From positions 124,001 through 188,000 of the forward strand of contig NW_019029018.1 of the NCBI RefSeq assembly GCF_002105155.1: a DNA stretch of 64,000 nucleotides, read 5' to 3'. Shown piece after piece: positions 1 through 13,685 of the stretch (position 1 is the first letter of the stretch; each line of letters starts with the position of its first letter). A program made the translations under genes and the position numbers. Source of the DNA: Lobosporangium transversale (lineage: Eukaryota). The notes beneath the pieces are model-generated. The model saw only the letters and a program-made list of their open reading frames with translations. It ran no database searches and was not told where the DNA came from.

Positions 1-632
1 GGTTGGGAATCCCTCTCTCTCTTCTCTCTTCCTTCGTCTCACTTTTGTAAGTCTCTTTTAATTAATTTTTCATGGATGAATCCGCATATATTTTCCGTAT
101 GAAAATTAACGCTAGAAATTGTCTGTCCTATTTCTGGAATCACTTCATACTATCATCCTATACTAATAGCAGTATGTACGACCATCACTCTGCGATCACT
201 TGATCCATGTCATTTGATCGGCGCTGATAAAGGATGGGGGTGGAGCTTGAAAGGAGCCAAGCGAATTGGAGTTGAAGAAGATTCCAATGATGTGTCGCGT
301 ATTCACCCACGCGTCGAGCAAACGTTATTTTATTTTATTTTTTTTTCATCCTCCAAACTGACAGCTAGTCTAAAAGATATTTTCAGCAGTTGAGATCGCT
401 AGTTTATGCATTGCGTATCATTTTTCCTGGAACTAAAATTCATGTCGCTCTATTTTGGTGGCGGTCTTATCATGTGATATAACTATTGTTGGTGTGGGAA
501 GAAGTTAATTCCATGAACGCCCGACAGCAGTTCCATTGACCACAATTTTCAAGCAACTAATTTCATTATTGTCAACAACACAGAATCTAAAACAAAGAAA
601 AAAAAAAAAAAAAAAAAAAAAAAAGAAAGACA

Positions 633-2323
633 ATGACCATGCAACATATCTCACGCCTTGCAAAGACAGGATTCTTTCGATTCCATTCAACCAAGACCCC
701 ATGTCTACGGAACTCCATTGGTTCGCAGCTTTTACGTCAGTCCTCAGTTCGTTTCCACTCTACAGAGGCAGCAGCACCCGAACAATATGATGTTGTTATT
801 GTTGGTGGTGGAATCGCAGGAAGTGCACTAGCCTGTGCCCTTGGTAAGAACCTATGGCAACAGAGTGTTATATGAGAGTACATGTAGTCAATTTTCACAA
901 ATTAACCTCTCTTTATTGTGTATGTTATACATTTAATTTTGCTCTGATAGCATCCGGAAAGGCCTCCAGCACACAGAAAATTGCACTTATCGAAGCGTTT
1001 GACCTCAGCAACCACATTAATTGGTCTCCTCGACCTGACCAGTACGCCAACCGCGTCTCTTCTCTCACACCCAAATCCGTTGCATTTCTCAAAAAGATCG
1101 GTGTCTGGTCCGAGCTGGACCTGTCACGTATAGCTGCTTGTGAGGGCATGCAGGTTTGGGACGGAGTAAGCGGCGCCAGGATCGTGTTTGATGCTTCGGA
1201 TGTCAGTGGTGCCCGCTCTAGTTTTTTACATCAAGTATTTTCAGGACCAACTACGATCATCAACCAAGGCAATGATGATGATATATTGAGAGCGACTGTT
1301 GATGAAGAGGGGTCATCATCATCGCCATTGGCATATATGACGGAAAATATTCATGTACAGTACGGATTACAGAAGCAAATTTTGGCACATCAGGCTCGTG
1401 GAATTAATATAGATATATTTGAACGAACCAAGGTTCAAGGAATCACTGTTGATCAAGTTGATGAGCACTCAAAGCCACCAGAGACAGCAGGAACAGCTAT
1501 GGATATTTCTGATTGGCCGATTGTTCAACTCGATAATGGCAGGAAGCTACAGACAAGATTGCTAATTGGCGCTGATGGTGTTAATTCCCCTGTACGATCA
1601 TTTGCCAAAATTGAATCCATTGGTTGGGACTACTCTCAATTTGGACTTGTTGCGACTCTTCAGATCGACCCCACAACATCCACCGCACCAAGGCAAGGGA
1701 AAGGCATTGCATGGCAGAGATTTTTACCGACAGGTCCTATCGCTATGTTGCCAGTAAGTCTTGCCTTTATTGGCTAAATCGTAGGCGCCATGTATGATGA
1801 TGATCCAATGGTATGACGATACTCACCCGCTAGTCTATGATTATATTTTCTGATCCAATTCAAAAAACATTGATAGCTTAACAATGGGCTCGCGAGTTTA
1901 GTCTGGTCTACTACACCCAAGCTCGCACAGGATTTTAAGAAGCTGCCTGCTCGTGATTTCTGCCTGCTTGTAAACGCAGCCTTTAATGCAACCCCAGCAG
2001 AGCTTGAGTATTTATATAATAACATTGGACCAGATGGTCAACCTTTAGTCGATTTCAAGCAAGAGATCGAATGGCGCGCCAGCGTACAGGAGATGGAGGC
2101 ATCTCAGAGCCTAGTTCGTGATAACATGGGACGGGACGCTAAACCACCAAAGGTTTTGGATGTGCAGGAAAACACCAGGGCCCCATTCCCTCTTCGGATG
2201 CGTAATTCGACAAGCTATGTCGAGGATCGCGTAGTTCTTGTGGGGTGAGTGAACGACTCAATTGATTATGGACTAGAACACGGAGCCTGTTCATGAATAG
2301 TCTACTGATTGATCGGTTTTTTT

Positions 2324-2357
<34 letters not shown>

Positions 2358-2819
2358 AGAGATGCTGCACACACGGTCCATCCTTTGGCTGGCCAGGGTC
2401 TTAACCAAGGCCTAGCAGATGTAGAGTGCCTTGCACGCGTCATCGAACAAAGCCTTTTAAGTGGTTCAGATATTGGTAAGTCTGAGACGCATAGTGTAGT
2501 AACTTAACTATATATGTTTTGGCCTAATGTATCATGGGGCTTTACTCATTTGGCTGAGTTATTAACATATAAATCACTCACACACCATATAGGCAACATT
2601 CACTCGCTTACACCTTACTCCAGCGAGCGTTTCCTTCCAAACCTGGCTATGCTTGGTACTGTTGACAAGCTCTCAAAATTGTACAATACGGATTTTGGTC
2701 CTGTTGTCTGGGCTCGTTCTCTTGGTCTCACAGCGGTAGATAATATGGGCCCTATCAAGAGTGAGATAATGAAGTTTGCTATGGGTCTCGAAGATAACTC
2801 ACCATCCTCAAGGTCTTAA
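633..2819 (+). CDS. COQ6: Ubiquinone biosynthesis FAD monooxygenase Coq6; exons ~633-843, 951-1753, 1877-2244, 2360-2475, 2593-2819
   Basis: Arg/Ser-rich mitochondrial-presequence-like N-terminus; YDVVIVGGGIAG FAD fingerprint; NRVSSLTP, LLIGADGVNS, AWQRFLPTGPIAMLP and GDAAHTVHPLAGQGLNQG motifs; GT-AG introns keep frame. Confidence 0.95.
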
Positions 2820-3027
2820 AAAACTATGCTCACAACATGGGAAACATAAAAAAGAATTCTACTTTTTCGTTGTAGATACTCTTTAATTACTAGCAAATAT
2901 TATTATATTCAAAAGCTTTATTCGCCAATGCTTGCTAAGCAATCTTATGTAAACATGTATATACATTTGGAGCAGGGTATAATTACATGGGAAGACATAT
3001 AATTAAAGGTCTATAAAATGTGTGTGT

Positions 3028-3058
<31 letters not shown>

Positions 3059-3097
3059 CCTGGTATAAAGAGAAAGAGAGGACGATTTGACAAGATC

Positions 3098-4601
3098 TTA
3101 CGCTTGGGCATTAGTGCGTCCCAACGTTGAGACACTGCCGAGTTTGACCTCGTTCACACTGCTTGAGCTATGCGTTTCAGTATCCATGGAATGCTCAACA
3201 CCATTGATCGAAGGTGTCTTCTTTTCATTTAAATGACCATATGCCATCTCACCGAGCTCTGCAAGATCCAAGCCGCGGTGCTCATGATCAGGATCCACAC
3301 GCAAGGTCAATCCTGGGATCTTGTTCATGATGAACAGGATCAAGTAGGTTACACCGAAAGACCAACCAAGGCCTGCGCAAGAGTCTGCGAGCTGGTGGGC
3401 AACTTGAATCCAGTGACCATCGAGCCCGCCTCCTGGAATAACAGTGACACCATCCAAGGCAGCAACCCAGCTCTGAGCAAAAATACCAGTGAGAATGTTA
3501 CCAACGACTCCACCGACTCCATGGACTGCAAAGACATCAAAGGCATCATCATATTTGAGATTATGCTTCAGTCGTACTGCCAGATTGCAGGCAACAGCAC
3601 CCAAGAATCCAATGGCGACACTAGATGCAGGAGAGACATATCCAGAACCAGGAGTGATGGCAACTAATCCTGAAACAGCACCTGAGCAGAAGCCTAGAAC
3701 AGACAGCTTGCGCTCGTGGCGATAGTCAAGTAGGACCCAGGTGATGCCACCGACAGAGGCTGAAAGGTTGGTCACGACGCAGGCCATAGCACCGCGCAAG
3801 TTGGCAGAGAGAGCAGAACCGCCGTTGAAGCCAAACCAACCGAACCAGAGGAAGCAGGTACCGATCACAACGTTGCTCATAGAATGGGGGCGGAAATCAT
3901 TGTGATTACCAGATCGTCTTCCGAGGACGAGAGCATAGGCCAAAGCAGCACCTCCAGAGGAGATGTGAACGGGCGTGCCTCCTGCAAAATCCAGTCCGCC
4001 CATAACAAAACTCCAACCGTTGGCACTCCATGTCCAGCAGGCAATAAAGTCGTAGACGAAAGTGGTCCAGAGGAAAATAAAGACAAGGGTAGGCAGGATA
4101 CGACCACGCTCTGCAGCGGCTCCGACAGCCAAGGCTGGAGTGAGCGCAGCGAACATGCATTGGAAGATCATGAAGACAAGATCGGGGATCTTTGCTGATC
4201 CAACAGAGGGCTGGTCCAAGACCCCTCGAAGGAAAGCGTTCTCAAAGTTGCCAATAAACTTGCTTCCAGTTTTACTAAATGCTAATGAATATCCAAAGAG
4301 GAACCACTGAAGAATAACAATATCAGGGAGGTTGATGAGTATGGATGTATTGGATGAGAGTATTTGAAGGGTGCTTTGAGTGTCCCTATATGCCTTCTTT
4401 TACCTGGAAAGTGACGACTGCCACTGAGCAGCAGGAAAGCATGATCAGAGAAAGGGCATTCTTACTGCGGGCCATACCAGAGTAGAAGTAGCCAATTCCT
4501 GGGATCATGAGCCAGACTAAGGCGGTGGAGGTCAGTGTCCAAGCGATATCACCAGCTTGATACTGTGACCCAATAATGGGTGCTTCTTCTGAAGTGTTCA
4601 T
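3098..4601 (-). CDS. AMT: Ammonium transporter (Amt/Mep family); exons 4601-4404 and 4306-3098
   Basis: Motifs FQCMFAALT, GAAAER, LDFAGGTPVH, LWFGWFGFNGGS, GLVAITP and DDAFDVFAVHG, with both pore histidines present; spliced junction reads FQ|WFLFGYSLAF. Confidence 0.96.
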
Positions 4602-4808
4602 TGCAGGGAAGTAATCAATAAGGCTGTTTCTTTTCTTTTTTATATATCAGTAGAGCAAAAGAAATGTGTAGAGTAAAGTTGAGGGCAGGCTTTTCAATAA
4701 GTGTAAGTGAAAGCGACGAGGAAGGATAACGAGGAAAAAGGACGATCAAAGATACTGTGGAGATGCGTGCAGAATGAAGGTAAGAAAAAGACCCCCGATT
4801 GACGCACT

Positions 4809-4816
4809 ATTTATAC
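4809..4816 (-). promoter_or_regulatory. Putative TATA box of the ammonium transporter
   Basis: TATAAATA on the minus strand ~210 bp upstream of the ATG at 4601. Confidence 0.45.
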
Positions 4817-5403
4817 GCTGTACTACTTTGGATCAAGAATCGGGGAGAGAAAATGAGATAGAGAGGGGATGCTGTGGGATGCAATAAACAACTATGCTCA
4901 CCATGATTCTCGGCGGCGACCGAATGATAGACATGTACTGTGATCCTCCAAACAAAGGTGAGTCCCTAAACTTTGTTTTAGCAATTGTCTGTCGGGTTTG
5001 GCAGTTTGGAGAGGGTTAAACGAAAATAAGCTCCTCGTACCTTTAATTGCGTTTGTAATCTGTAGGATGCAAATCATGCGCAACATTTAAACAGCTGTGT
5101 ACACCAGATAGGAAGACATAGGAGCTTAAAAAAAAACCTCCCATTGGCGTAATCGAACATGATGCACAAATTCCTACAACATCTTCGTTCTATAGACAAA
5201 TGAGACAAATGAAGGTGAGTGAAAGACTCTATCCCTCGATGGCGTGTTCTGATACACCCTGACGTTTTACATGTTATAAATATTACTTGCCTTCACAACG
5301 AAGCACACTTTCTGGCTGTGCTGCTTGTTGAACGTCTTCAACGTTTTATTTCGATTATTCATCTTCATCACTTTGCAGTATTGGAGCCATTTGCCATCTA
5401 TGG

Positions 5404-6022
5404 GTATCTGACATTAATATAGAGAATAAGACCTTATCGTGTCTCATCTTTTTTTTTTTTTTTTTTACAAGGGATAACACATGTTTGTGGCTGATAATTG
5501 AATGTTATCTTTCCGCGTGATTCAAATTGGCCCAGCCCCAGTCCACACTGAAGCACCAAAAGATCAAAATTCTGTTTACTTTCATGATTAAGGTGTTAAG
5601 GTGAACAGTAGAAATAAACAGCTGCTTAGTTTTTTTACTTGGGAGAACCCCGCAAATTCCCATTTCTGGTGAGTTGAAGCAGAATCATTTTTCTTATTTG
5701 ACACGCGTGTTTAAACATTACTAGATCCGTAGATCCGTTCTTTTCTGTTCCTTTCGAATGTTCCAACCATGTTCAAGAGACTTTAGATCTTGTTTTTTTT
5801 TTTTTTTTTTTTTTTTTTTTTCTCCGAGCGAGAGTCGATCATCCCTCTTCCTCGTCTTACCTTCGGAAAGTTATCTCTGCATTATTTTGCAGGACTAGCT
5901 ATTTTTTTTTTCCTCTCTCTCAGACACACGATAAATATTTAACAATAAAGAATAAAGATAGTGATCATGGCCACAGCGCGATAGCACATTACATTCTCAA
6001 CCGGGGTCGCATCGTACGATAG
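5404..6022. promoter_or_regulatory. Two clusters of GATA (HGATAR) sites upstream of the ammonium transporter; candidate AreA/Gln3-type nitrogen regulation
   Basis: GATA cores at ~5404, 5433, 5473, 5492, 5505 and at 5871, 5929, 5956, 5979, 6017. Confidence 0.45.
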
Positions 6023-7606
6023 CAAAATCCCCAAACCTTTACTTCCAACAAAAGATTCACAGCCCACTCATTCAGTAAATAATATAAATGCTGAATTAAT
6101 ATATAAAGAGTTAATCTTGAGGTTCTGAGGGGTCCAAGAAGTGATAGTTCAGTACGCTTGCATTTAAACACTTCGTTCATTGTACGTAAATGATCAACAG
6201 TCATACCTTTTATCTTTCTCTTTTTGTTTCTGTGCGCAGCACTTTCTGACCAAAGTTATCGGTTGACAAGAGGGGTGTAACGAGGATTAGAAGTCCAAAA
6301 AGGGAACGTTGACTGGGGTTTTGGAATTCTCCGCCGGGAGTCAAAATTTTATTTTGACGGAGGTGTACATTTTCCCTTGATTCCAGCCTGCGATATAAAC
6401 ATCTACAAGAGCAAGGCACGGCTGCCTTGCAACACGTGTGTACACATGTGCGCTTCGTGACGAGCCTAACCCTCGCCTTGAAGGCCAGTGCTACAGTGCT
6501 GCGCAAGCCACTGATTAAACACAAAGGAAGAAGAGCTAACCTTCCAGGTCGTATACATTTAATCGGCTTTATTCAAGGGTGAACCCTGAAGATGAATTAT
6601 AGGAACAGGAAGTCATCCTAGTTGGAACGGCTGTGATCGATGAATTTAACCTGAATGGCAAATATCAGCTATGAGAACTACAGCTTTTTCTGGTGCAAGG
6701 CCCGAGACTAAATGCCAACCAATCAATTAATCAAAATGCTTCGAGAGAGTTCTCACTTCTTTTTTTAATATCCGTCTATTAAGACATCGCTTTCAGACTT
6801 TGGACAAAAGGACCAGTGGAATTAAAAAAAAAAAAAAAAAAAACCTGAAAACTGAAAACTGAAATTCCGTATTTGCTATCCTATCCTTTCTCTTCACCAA
6901 TTCAATCACTGGCATGTCTTACATGCTTTCGATCATGAGAAGTCTTCGTCTCAGAGTTGTCCAAAATAGTACATATTACATTCCTGTCAGTTGCCAGGCA
7001 TTGTATGAAAGAGATTTTAAGGGGGACACCGCATATTAGGATGTCTAGTAGGCACCCAGGAAGGAGGGCAGCGACGGCCCGCTGATGGCCATCATTTCGT
7101 GCATTGTGCTCGTGGAAAGTGAAATCTTTATTTGACGCTCTTACGATCACCACAGTTCTTGTCCTGAAAATTGAATGATGATATTACCTCATGGGAAAGA
7201 ATTAATGACCCGGCTATTTGCTGACTATGGTTACAAAGCACATCTTGGTTAATTTGCTCTGAAAGCTCACAGAATGAGACTGGGGATGCCTCCGATCACA
7301 AATCATCATTGGTCTAGCTTGACCAGTCTTGTTTTCGAATGTGGAGGCGATCTTAATTAAAAAAAAAAATACTTTAATGAAGCATCTCATTCAGAATAAA
7401 AGTCGCAGGATACCAGTCTTTCTGAATACAACATGAATAGACTTGTGGTTAAAGAAGACAGAATTTGTCTGGGTTTTTCATAATGTCGGAGCACCAAGGC
7501 TCAAGGGAACAGGCACATGTTTGAATTTAATGAAGGTTTTGCGCTGACTGTGTTCATCTCTACGTCTATACCTTTCTTAAAACACATTCTCCGTCTCTTG
7601 CTCCCT

Positions 7607-7708
7607 CATTCACTCGTTCATTCATTCACATTCACTCATTCATTCAATTGCATTCATTCATTCATTCATTCATTCATTCATTCATTCATTCATTCATTCA
7701 TTCATTCA
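7607..7708 (+). repeat. (TTCA)n microsatellite upstream of the kelch gene
   Basis: Near-perfect CATT repeats, perfect from ~7651 to 7708. Confidence 0.95.
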
Positions 7709-7961
7709 TCTTCCTTCATTACACTTGTCCTTTCTCTTCTTTTCATCTCGGTGGAAACACTTTCTCTTGTACTACACATTTGTTCCAGCACCCGTTACAC
7801 AACCAGTCAAAAGGGTTTCTGGATTCACAAAGTCTAAGACCTCACATCTCTCCACTCCATCTCATTCAATCACTTTTTTTTTGTTGCTATTGTTGTTGTT
7901 GTTTATTTCATTTTGATCCGTCTTTGACCTTTGTGCTGTGCTCGACATAAAGTAAAGCAGC

Positions 7962-10900
7962 ATGGCCGGGCTTTTCTCAAAAAAGAACAAAAAGGAGAGG
8001 GACGATGCAGGCAGCGAAAACAGCAACACAAACGGTAGAATTTACAACGGTCGGGACAACTTGAGTGCCAGTAACAGTCTCGCCAACAGTAACAATTCGG
8101 CTTACTCCCATCCTCAAAGTCCTTATCAACAACAGTATCAGCAGCATGCCAATGGTCCTTCAGCCCAGTCGAGCAAAAGCTCGCTGCAGCAATCGTCGCA
8201 GCAACATCTCACTCACCAAGGCAACAATGTATACTCGTCTGGACCGTTCTCGACTCAGCAGCCCAATTTCAACACGGTTGGTCCTTGGTCAGCGGGTACA
8301 CTCATGTCTGCGAACCCATTCCCCAGATTCGCTCATACTGCCTCGTTTGTCACCACAGGCACTGACATATACGTCTTTGGAGGCATTGCAAAAGGATCAC
8401 CTTTGAGGGATGTGCATGTCATTGATCCTCGTAAGTAGCTCGCTTACTCGTCCTTTCCGTCCAACTCCCCCTCTTCTCTCCTTCTCTCACTTTTCCGTAA
8501 GCGTAATCGATCATATTACCTTTAATACGCAATAGCTGCTTGTTGCCAATTTTTCTTTTTGGTTGATCACACAAATGACATTTTGTCCTCAGTTTAGGCT
8601 CTCATCATTAACGGAAAAATGAAAAAGGAGACGAACTATAAGACTAATTACACAATCATTCCAAATTTCAAATAGAATCTTTGCACTGCCAACTTTTGCC
8701 CATTGGAGGAGACAGTCCACATGCTGCAAATGGACACACGGCGGTGACACTTGGTCAATATATTATGTGTAAGTGAAAAATTCTGATGCTTGGTAACCAG
8801 GTTTTTTCTGGGAGGAACACGGATGATTTTATTCATGTGAAAAACACAAAAAAATTTTTTTTTTTTTTTTTTTTTTTTTGATCGATCGCTCTTTACAAAT
8901 CTCAATATATTACTTTAAAAAAAAACTTACTGAAACAGATTTTGGAGGCAAGGATGCCAAGGGTAGAACCAGCGACTCACTCTACGTGCTGCATACTGGC
9001 CGCAAGGAATGGAATAAACCTTTAATTCAAACACTGCTCCCTGCACCTCGACACTCGCATGCAGCTTGTGTAGTTGGCACTGTCATGTACATCATTGGAG
9101 GGCAACTCTCGGGTTATTATATGAACGATATTGCAGCATTCGATTTAAAGACATGTAAGTACCTTTTTATTCCTTAACTCTATTTTTTTTTTTTTAGGAT
9201 GTCTCTTAATTTTTTATTCTTCTTTACTAAACAATCATCTTTCTGGGACAATTGCTTCTTCATCGATAGTGAATGGAAAACGTCCTGCATGGACCTTCCT
9301 TGAACCAAAGTCAGATCTACCTCCCGCACGTGCAGGACATTGTGCGGTATCCTATAATGGCAAGGTTTACATGTATGCTACCTCCCTATCCCTCTATTTG
9401 TCTAAGCTTCATGACATGCACATATTTGTCATTTCTTTGATCTAACACTTTGTTTTCTAATTTGCGTGGACAGTTTTGGAGGGGCAGATGATAAATTCTA
9501 TTACAACGATATTTGGTGCTACGATCCTCAAACGAACAAATGGGAACCAATTCCGGTCTACGGAACTTTACCCATTAGCCGGCAGGGCCATACTGCTGCT
9601 GTTATTGACGACACCATGTATATCTATGGCGGCATGAGTTTTGAAGAGCAGCTTTTAGGCGACTTGTGCGCATTCAAGTTTACAGGTTCGTATTCATTAA
9701 TATGGGTGTGAACTATATTATTATTAGTATATATCAAATCCATTTTTCTCCGTCATTGGCTAATCAGTTTTGTGACGTTTTTTTTTTTTTTTTTTTTTTT
9801 TTTTTCTGTGCGGAATAGAGCGACGCTGGTTGGCATTTCCTACCACAGCTGAAGCTGCTTCACCTCGCGCTGAACATGCAATGTGCAGTGTGGGCGATAA
9901 ACTTTATATACTTGGCGGACAGCTGGATCTGAACGCCAATGAGGATTTAGGGATTGTTTATGTACTCGATACTGGTATGTACCCTGAAACGGGTTAATTA
10001 TGAAAGTGGTTTTTACCTGAGCAAGATACAGCGCAAATTAACGCTTCTCATCTGTTCGCTCTCGATCCATTATTCCCTAATAGCCAAACTCAAGTGGAAA
10101 GAGCCTTCTTTTAATGGTTCTCTGAGATCGGGCTATGACAACGATAGCATGCAACGTACTGAGGGAGGACAAGATGGTAGAGGCTCACCATACAATCGCC
10201 CATCACTAAGTTCGGACGTTACTCGACCCCTTAAAGGTTATGATCAAAACGCGTCGTTTCCTGATCCAAAGCACAGGACGCTTCAACAGGAGCTATATCA
10301 AGACCATCCTGATCAGCATTCAGGTTATCATCAGCACCAACAGCGGGAGCGACAATATACATCCGAAACAAGCGCTCCACAAGCAGGCCTTGGCGTAATG
10401 GAGGATGCGCCCCAGTTCGGTAGCGAATCATACTCACCATACACTCAGCCACCCATACCATCTTCATCATTACATCAGAACACTGACTTGAATGAAGCTA
10501 CCCATCCCGCGCGTCGCCGGACGGCTGGTAAACCAGCTGGATATGCAGGACAAGGCATTGAGTCTCGCAATGGAATGAACTCAATTGATGAAGGACGACA
10601 CCCCGGAGCTGCGTTTGATAACGAAATGATAAACTCATCGTCGCAGCCACAATCACAACCGCAGGTCGGTATAATGCAACGACAGGTCTCCTCAAGTCAG
10701 AGTCAATATCAGCTGTGCTCAGACTCTGAGGAGCGTGCATACTCTCAGCAACAGCAACATCATCAAGGTGAAAAAGGTCGCTCATATAATGCTGTAAATG
10801 GTAATGTCTCGAACGCCAGCGGAAGCAATCCCGTGAGTAGATCCAATACACCTTTGCAACAACAAACAACGTCACACCATGATTTGAATCACCAAGGATC

Positions 10901-13685
10901 AAGCACCACTAACTCAACAATAACAGAAAGTCTGCACCAACAAGGTCTATCGGCGGGAAGTTTAAATAGGCAGGGCTCTGTTGACCCGTCCTTTCAATCA
11001 ACTTTGCATGTTACTAATCCTGATAGTGGGAACTATGAGATGGTGGAGAATCAACACATCCAATCACGGGAAGGTAGTCACGCTTCTGCTCATTCGTCCA
11101 AGATCACACGAAAGGAATCCAGTGAACTTAAAGACCTTAGACAACGTGAGCAATGGCTTCTTGCAGAAGTGTCTATGGCACGCAAAAAGATGGGTGACCG
11201 ACCTTTGAGTATGGCTCTCTTAGCACTTGAAGACGAACTCGCAGCCTGTGAAGTCGATAGCGAAAAGTACCGGATCATGCAGGCTCTCTTGAATGTCAAG
11301 GCTGAGCTTGAGAGATCAAAGAGCTCGATTGCTACACAGGCGCAGATTGCATCCAATAAGGTTCGTGAAGCGGAGCGAGTCAGGCTGTCAGCTCTTCAGG
11401 AGGCTGCCTATCTGAAAGCAAAAATGAATGCTATGCAGACCGGTGAGATGTCTGAATTAGTCGCAACAGAGTCAGCAAGAGCAATGGATCTGGAAAAGAG
11501 GCTCACTGCGGCTTTAGCACAACTAGATCAATACGAGGCTCGGTTTGTGCAATACGAGACCATTCTAGAACATGAAAAGGAATCGAGACTGGCAGCAGAA
11601 AATCGTGAAAAGGAAGCCACTTCAAGAGCTGAAGAAGCTCAATTGGCCCATACACGGGCTCTGAACGATTTGAGTACACTTCATGAGCGCGCAACTGTGG
11701 CGGAGGCAACCCTACGTGAGACAGTGGCCAAGAGTGCTTCTAGTGAGGCAGGCCTTTCAAGCTATCAACAACAATCAGCAGCATTGCTTTCTCAAATTTC
11801 AGCTCTAAAAACCACTGTAGACCATCAAAAGAAGTCTTTGGAAAAGACGAAATTAGCATACACGGTTGCAAATGAGCGTGCAGAGCAGGCAGACAAACTC
11901 TGGACACAATCTCGCCAGGAAATGGATCAAGTCCAACTCGAATTATCCAACGTTCGTGCAGACATGGATCGTGCTCAGCGTGAATCAGATCATTGGAGAG
12001 CTAAAGCTAGCGAAACCGAATTACTCTGGCAAGCAGCCAAGAAGGAGAATGAGACGATGCGGACGCTACTGGAAGAAGATTTGAATAGCACATATGCCAA
12101 CTCGGTTTCAAAGGAGCGCAAGCATGACTCGATTATCGCAATCACTTCAGCCTCCCGAGTTACAGAGTTGGAGCACGAACTGATGACGCTTCGACTGGTA
12201 GTTAGAGACTCGGAGGATGCCGCTGCCCAAGCAAACAGGGATCTAGGTGATACTATGGCTCGTATCACGCAGCTGGAGCAGTCATCCATGTTAGCACGCA
12301 CTGAAGCTGCAACTGCGCAACGTCAATTGACTGATGCCCGAGACAAACTGGCTCAGGCCCAAGCACAATTGATTCGCAAGGAAGAGGCTATTGAGGAGAT
12401 GATTCATGAACGAGAGAACAATGAAGTCCAATTGGGTTTACTTCGCGGGGTTATGAAGGAACACGGACTGTTGGCTGACGATCTGATTTTGGATGCTCTA
12501 GACCAGAGCGGAAACCATAAGGCGCCAGTATCGCCTCTTAAGATGCAGCTCGAAGAGGCTGAGAAGCGAGCCAGTGAGGCTGAGGCTCGGCTAAGAAAAC
12601 TCATTGAGTTGAAGAGTAAGCAGAAAGAGCGCATTCAGCAACTGGAGGCAGATTACCAAACTACTGTGCACTATGCACAGGGAGCCGAGTCGGCACTGGA
12701 CAAAGTCCGCGGTGAGCTTCAGGCCGTGAAGGACGATAGACAAAAACTCTACTCAAGACTGGTGGAGTTGGAAGACGTACACTCACGCTGCAGTGAACAG
12801 CACCTTGCTCAGACCTCGAGTAGCTCCACTGCAGAGTTGGAAGGAGAGATGGCTGATCTGCGTCACCAGTTGCATGCTACACAAGAACGCTCTATTCAAC
12901 TCGATGCTCAGGTGGACTCCCTCTCATCACAGCTGCAGGACATGGAGTCTCGCGCAGAATCGTCGCAGACGGAGCTCCATTCTTTGAAGGCGAAGCATCA
13001 AGAACAGCAAAAACGAGGCCTTGGACAGACAGATCAACTTCAGGCCAAGGTAGAGCAGCTAGAGCAGATGCTTGTGGAGACCAAGCATCGCCTTGACAAG
13101 ACACAGGAGGACTTGGAGCATGCTCGTGAGCTGAACCGTGTTACTGGTCAAGAGTTAGATGATGCGCTTGATGCTCTTAAGAGGCGACAACAAGGCTCGC
13201 CTAGCAATATCAAACGTCAAGAGGAACTCGAGAGCGCGATTGATAATGCACAGCGAACCATTCAATCGCTTCAGCAGACGAATCGGGATCTGGAAGAGCA
13301 ACTTCGTGCATCAGAGAACAAGATTTCGTTGTTGCTGGATAACTTTCAAGCACCTGAATCTGTCCGAAACAGTGTTGCCAGTTTAAGTGCCTTGACTGGC
13401 GGGTTCCACCATGGCCTGGGCGGCATGTCGTCTCTGTCGCCATCATCACCACCTTCCAGTAGTTCATTGATGATGGCAGCTGCTGGTCAGCGGTCTCATT
13501 TGAACTCACCTCCGGCATCGATTTCTACTAGATCTATGTCGCCAGCATCACCTACCTCCAAGTCAAACAGTCGATCAATCAATAACATTAGTTTAGGAGG
13601 ATCTTCAACAACTTTGAGTTCACAAAGACTGGAGGAATATGAGAAAATGATTGACGAAATGACCAATCGTCTACAGGGAGAGTAA
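7962..13685 (+). CDS. KEL1: Kelch-repeat plus long coiled-coil cell-polarity protein (Kel1/Tea1-like); ~7 exons, last exon ~10084-13685
   Basis: Kelch blades PFPRFAHTAS..IYVFGG, PAPRHSHAAC..MYIIGG, PPARAGHCA, PISRQGHTAA..MYIYGG and SPRAEHAM..LYILGG spread across GT-AG exons; then a Q/S-rich linker and a long heptad region containing WLLAEV..ARK and ALQEAAYLKAK. Confidence 0.85.

Noticed and set aside
6465..6473. CCTAACCCT as a telomerase RNA template
   Set aside because: Such 9-mers are expected by chance (another lies at ~21957 in an intron), and no pseudoknot or CR4/5-like element could be identified.
7175..7262. ATGATGA…CTGA…CTGA as a C/D snoRNA
   Set aside because: No terminal stem and no convincing rRNA guide could be identified by eye.
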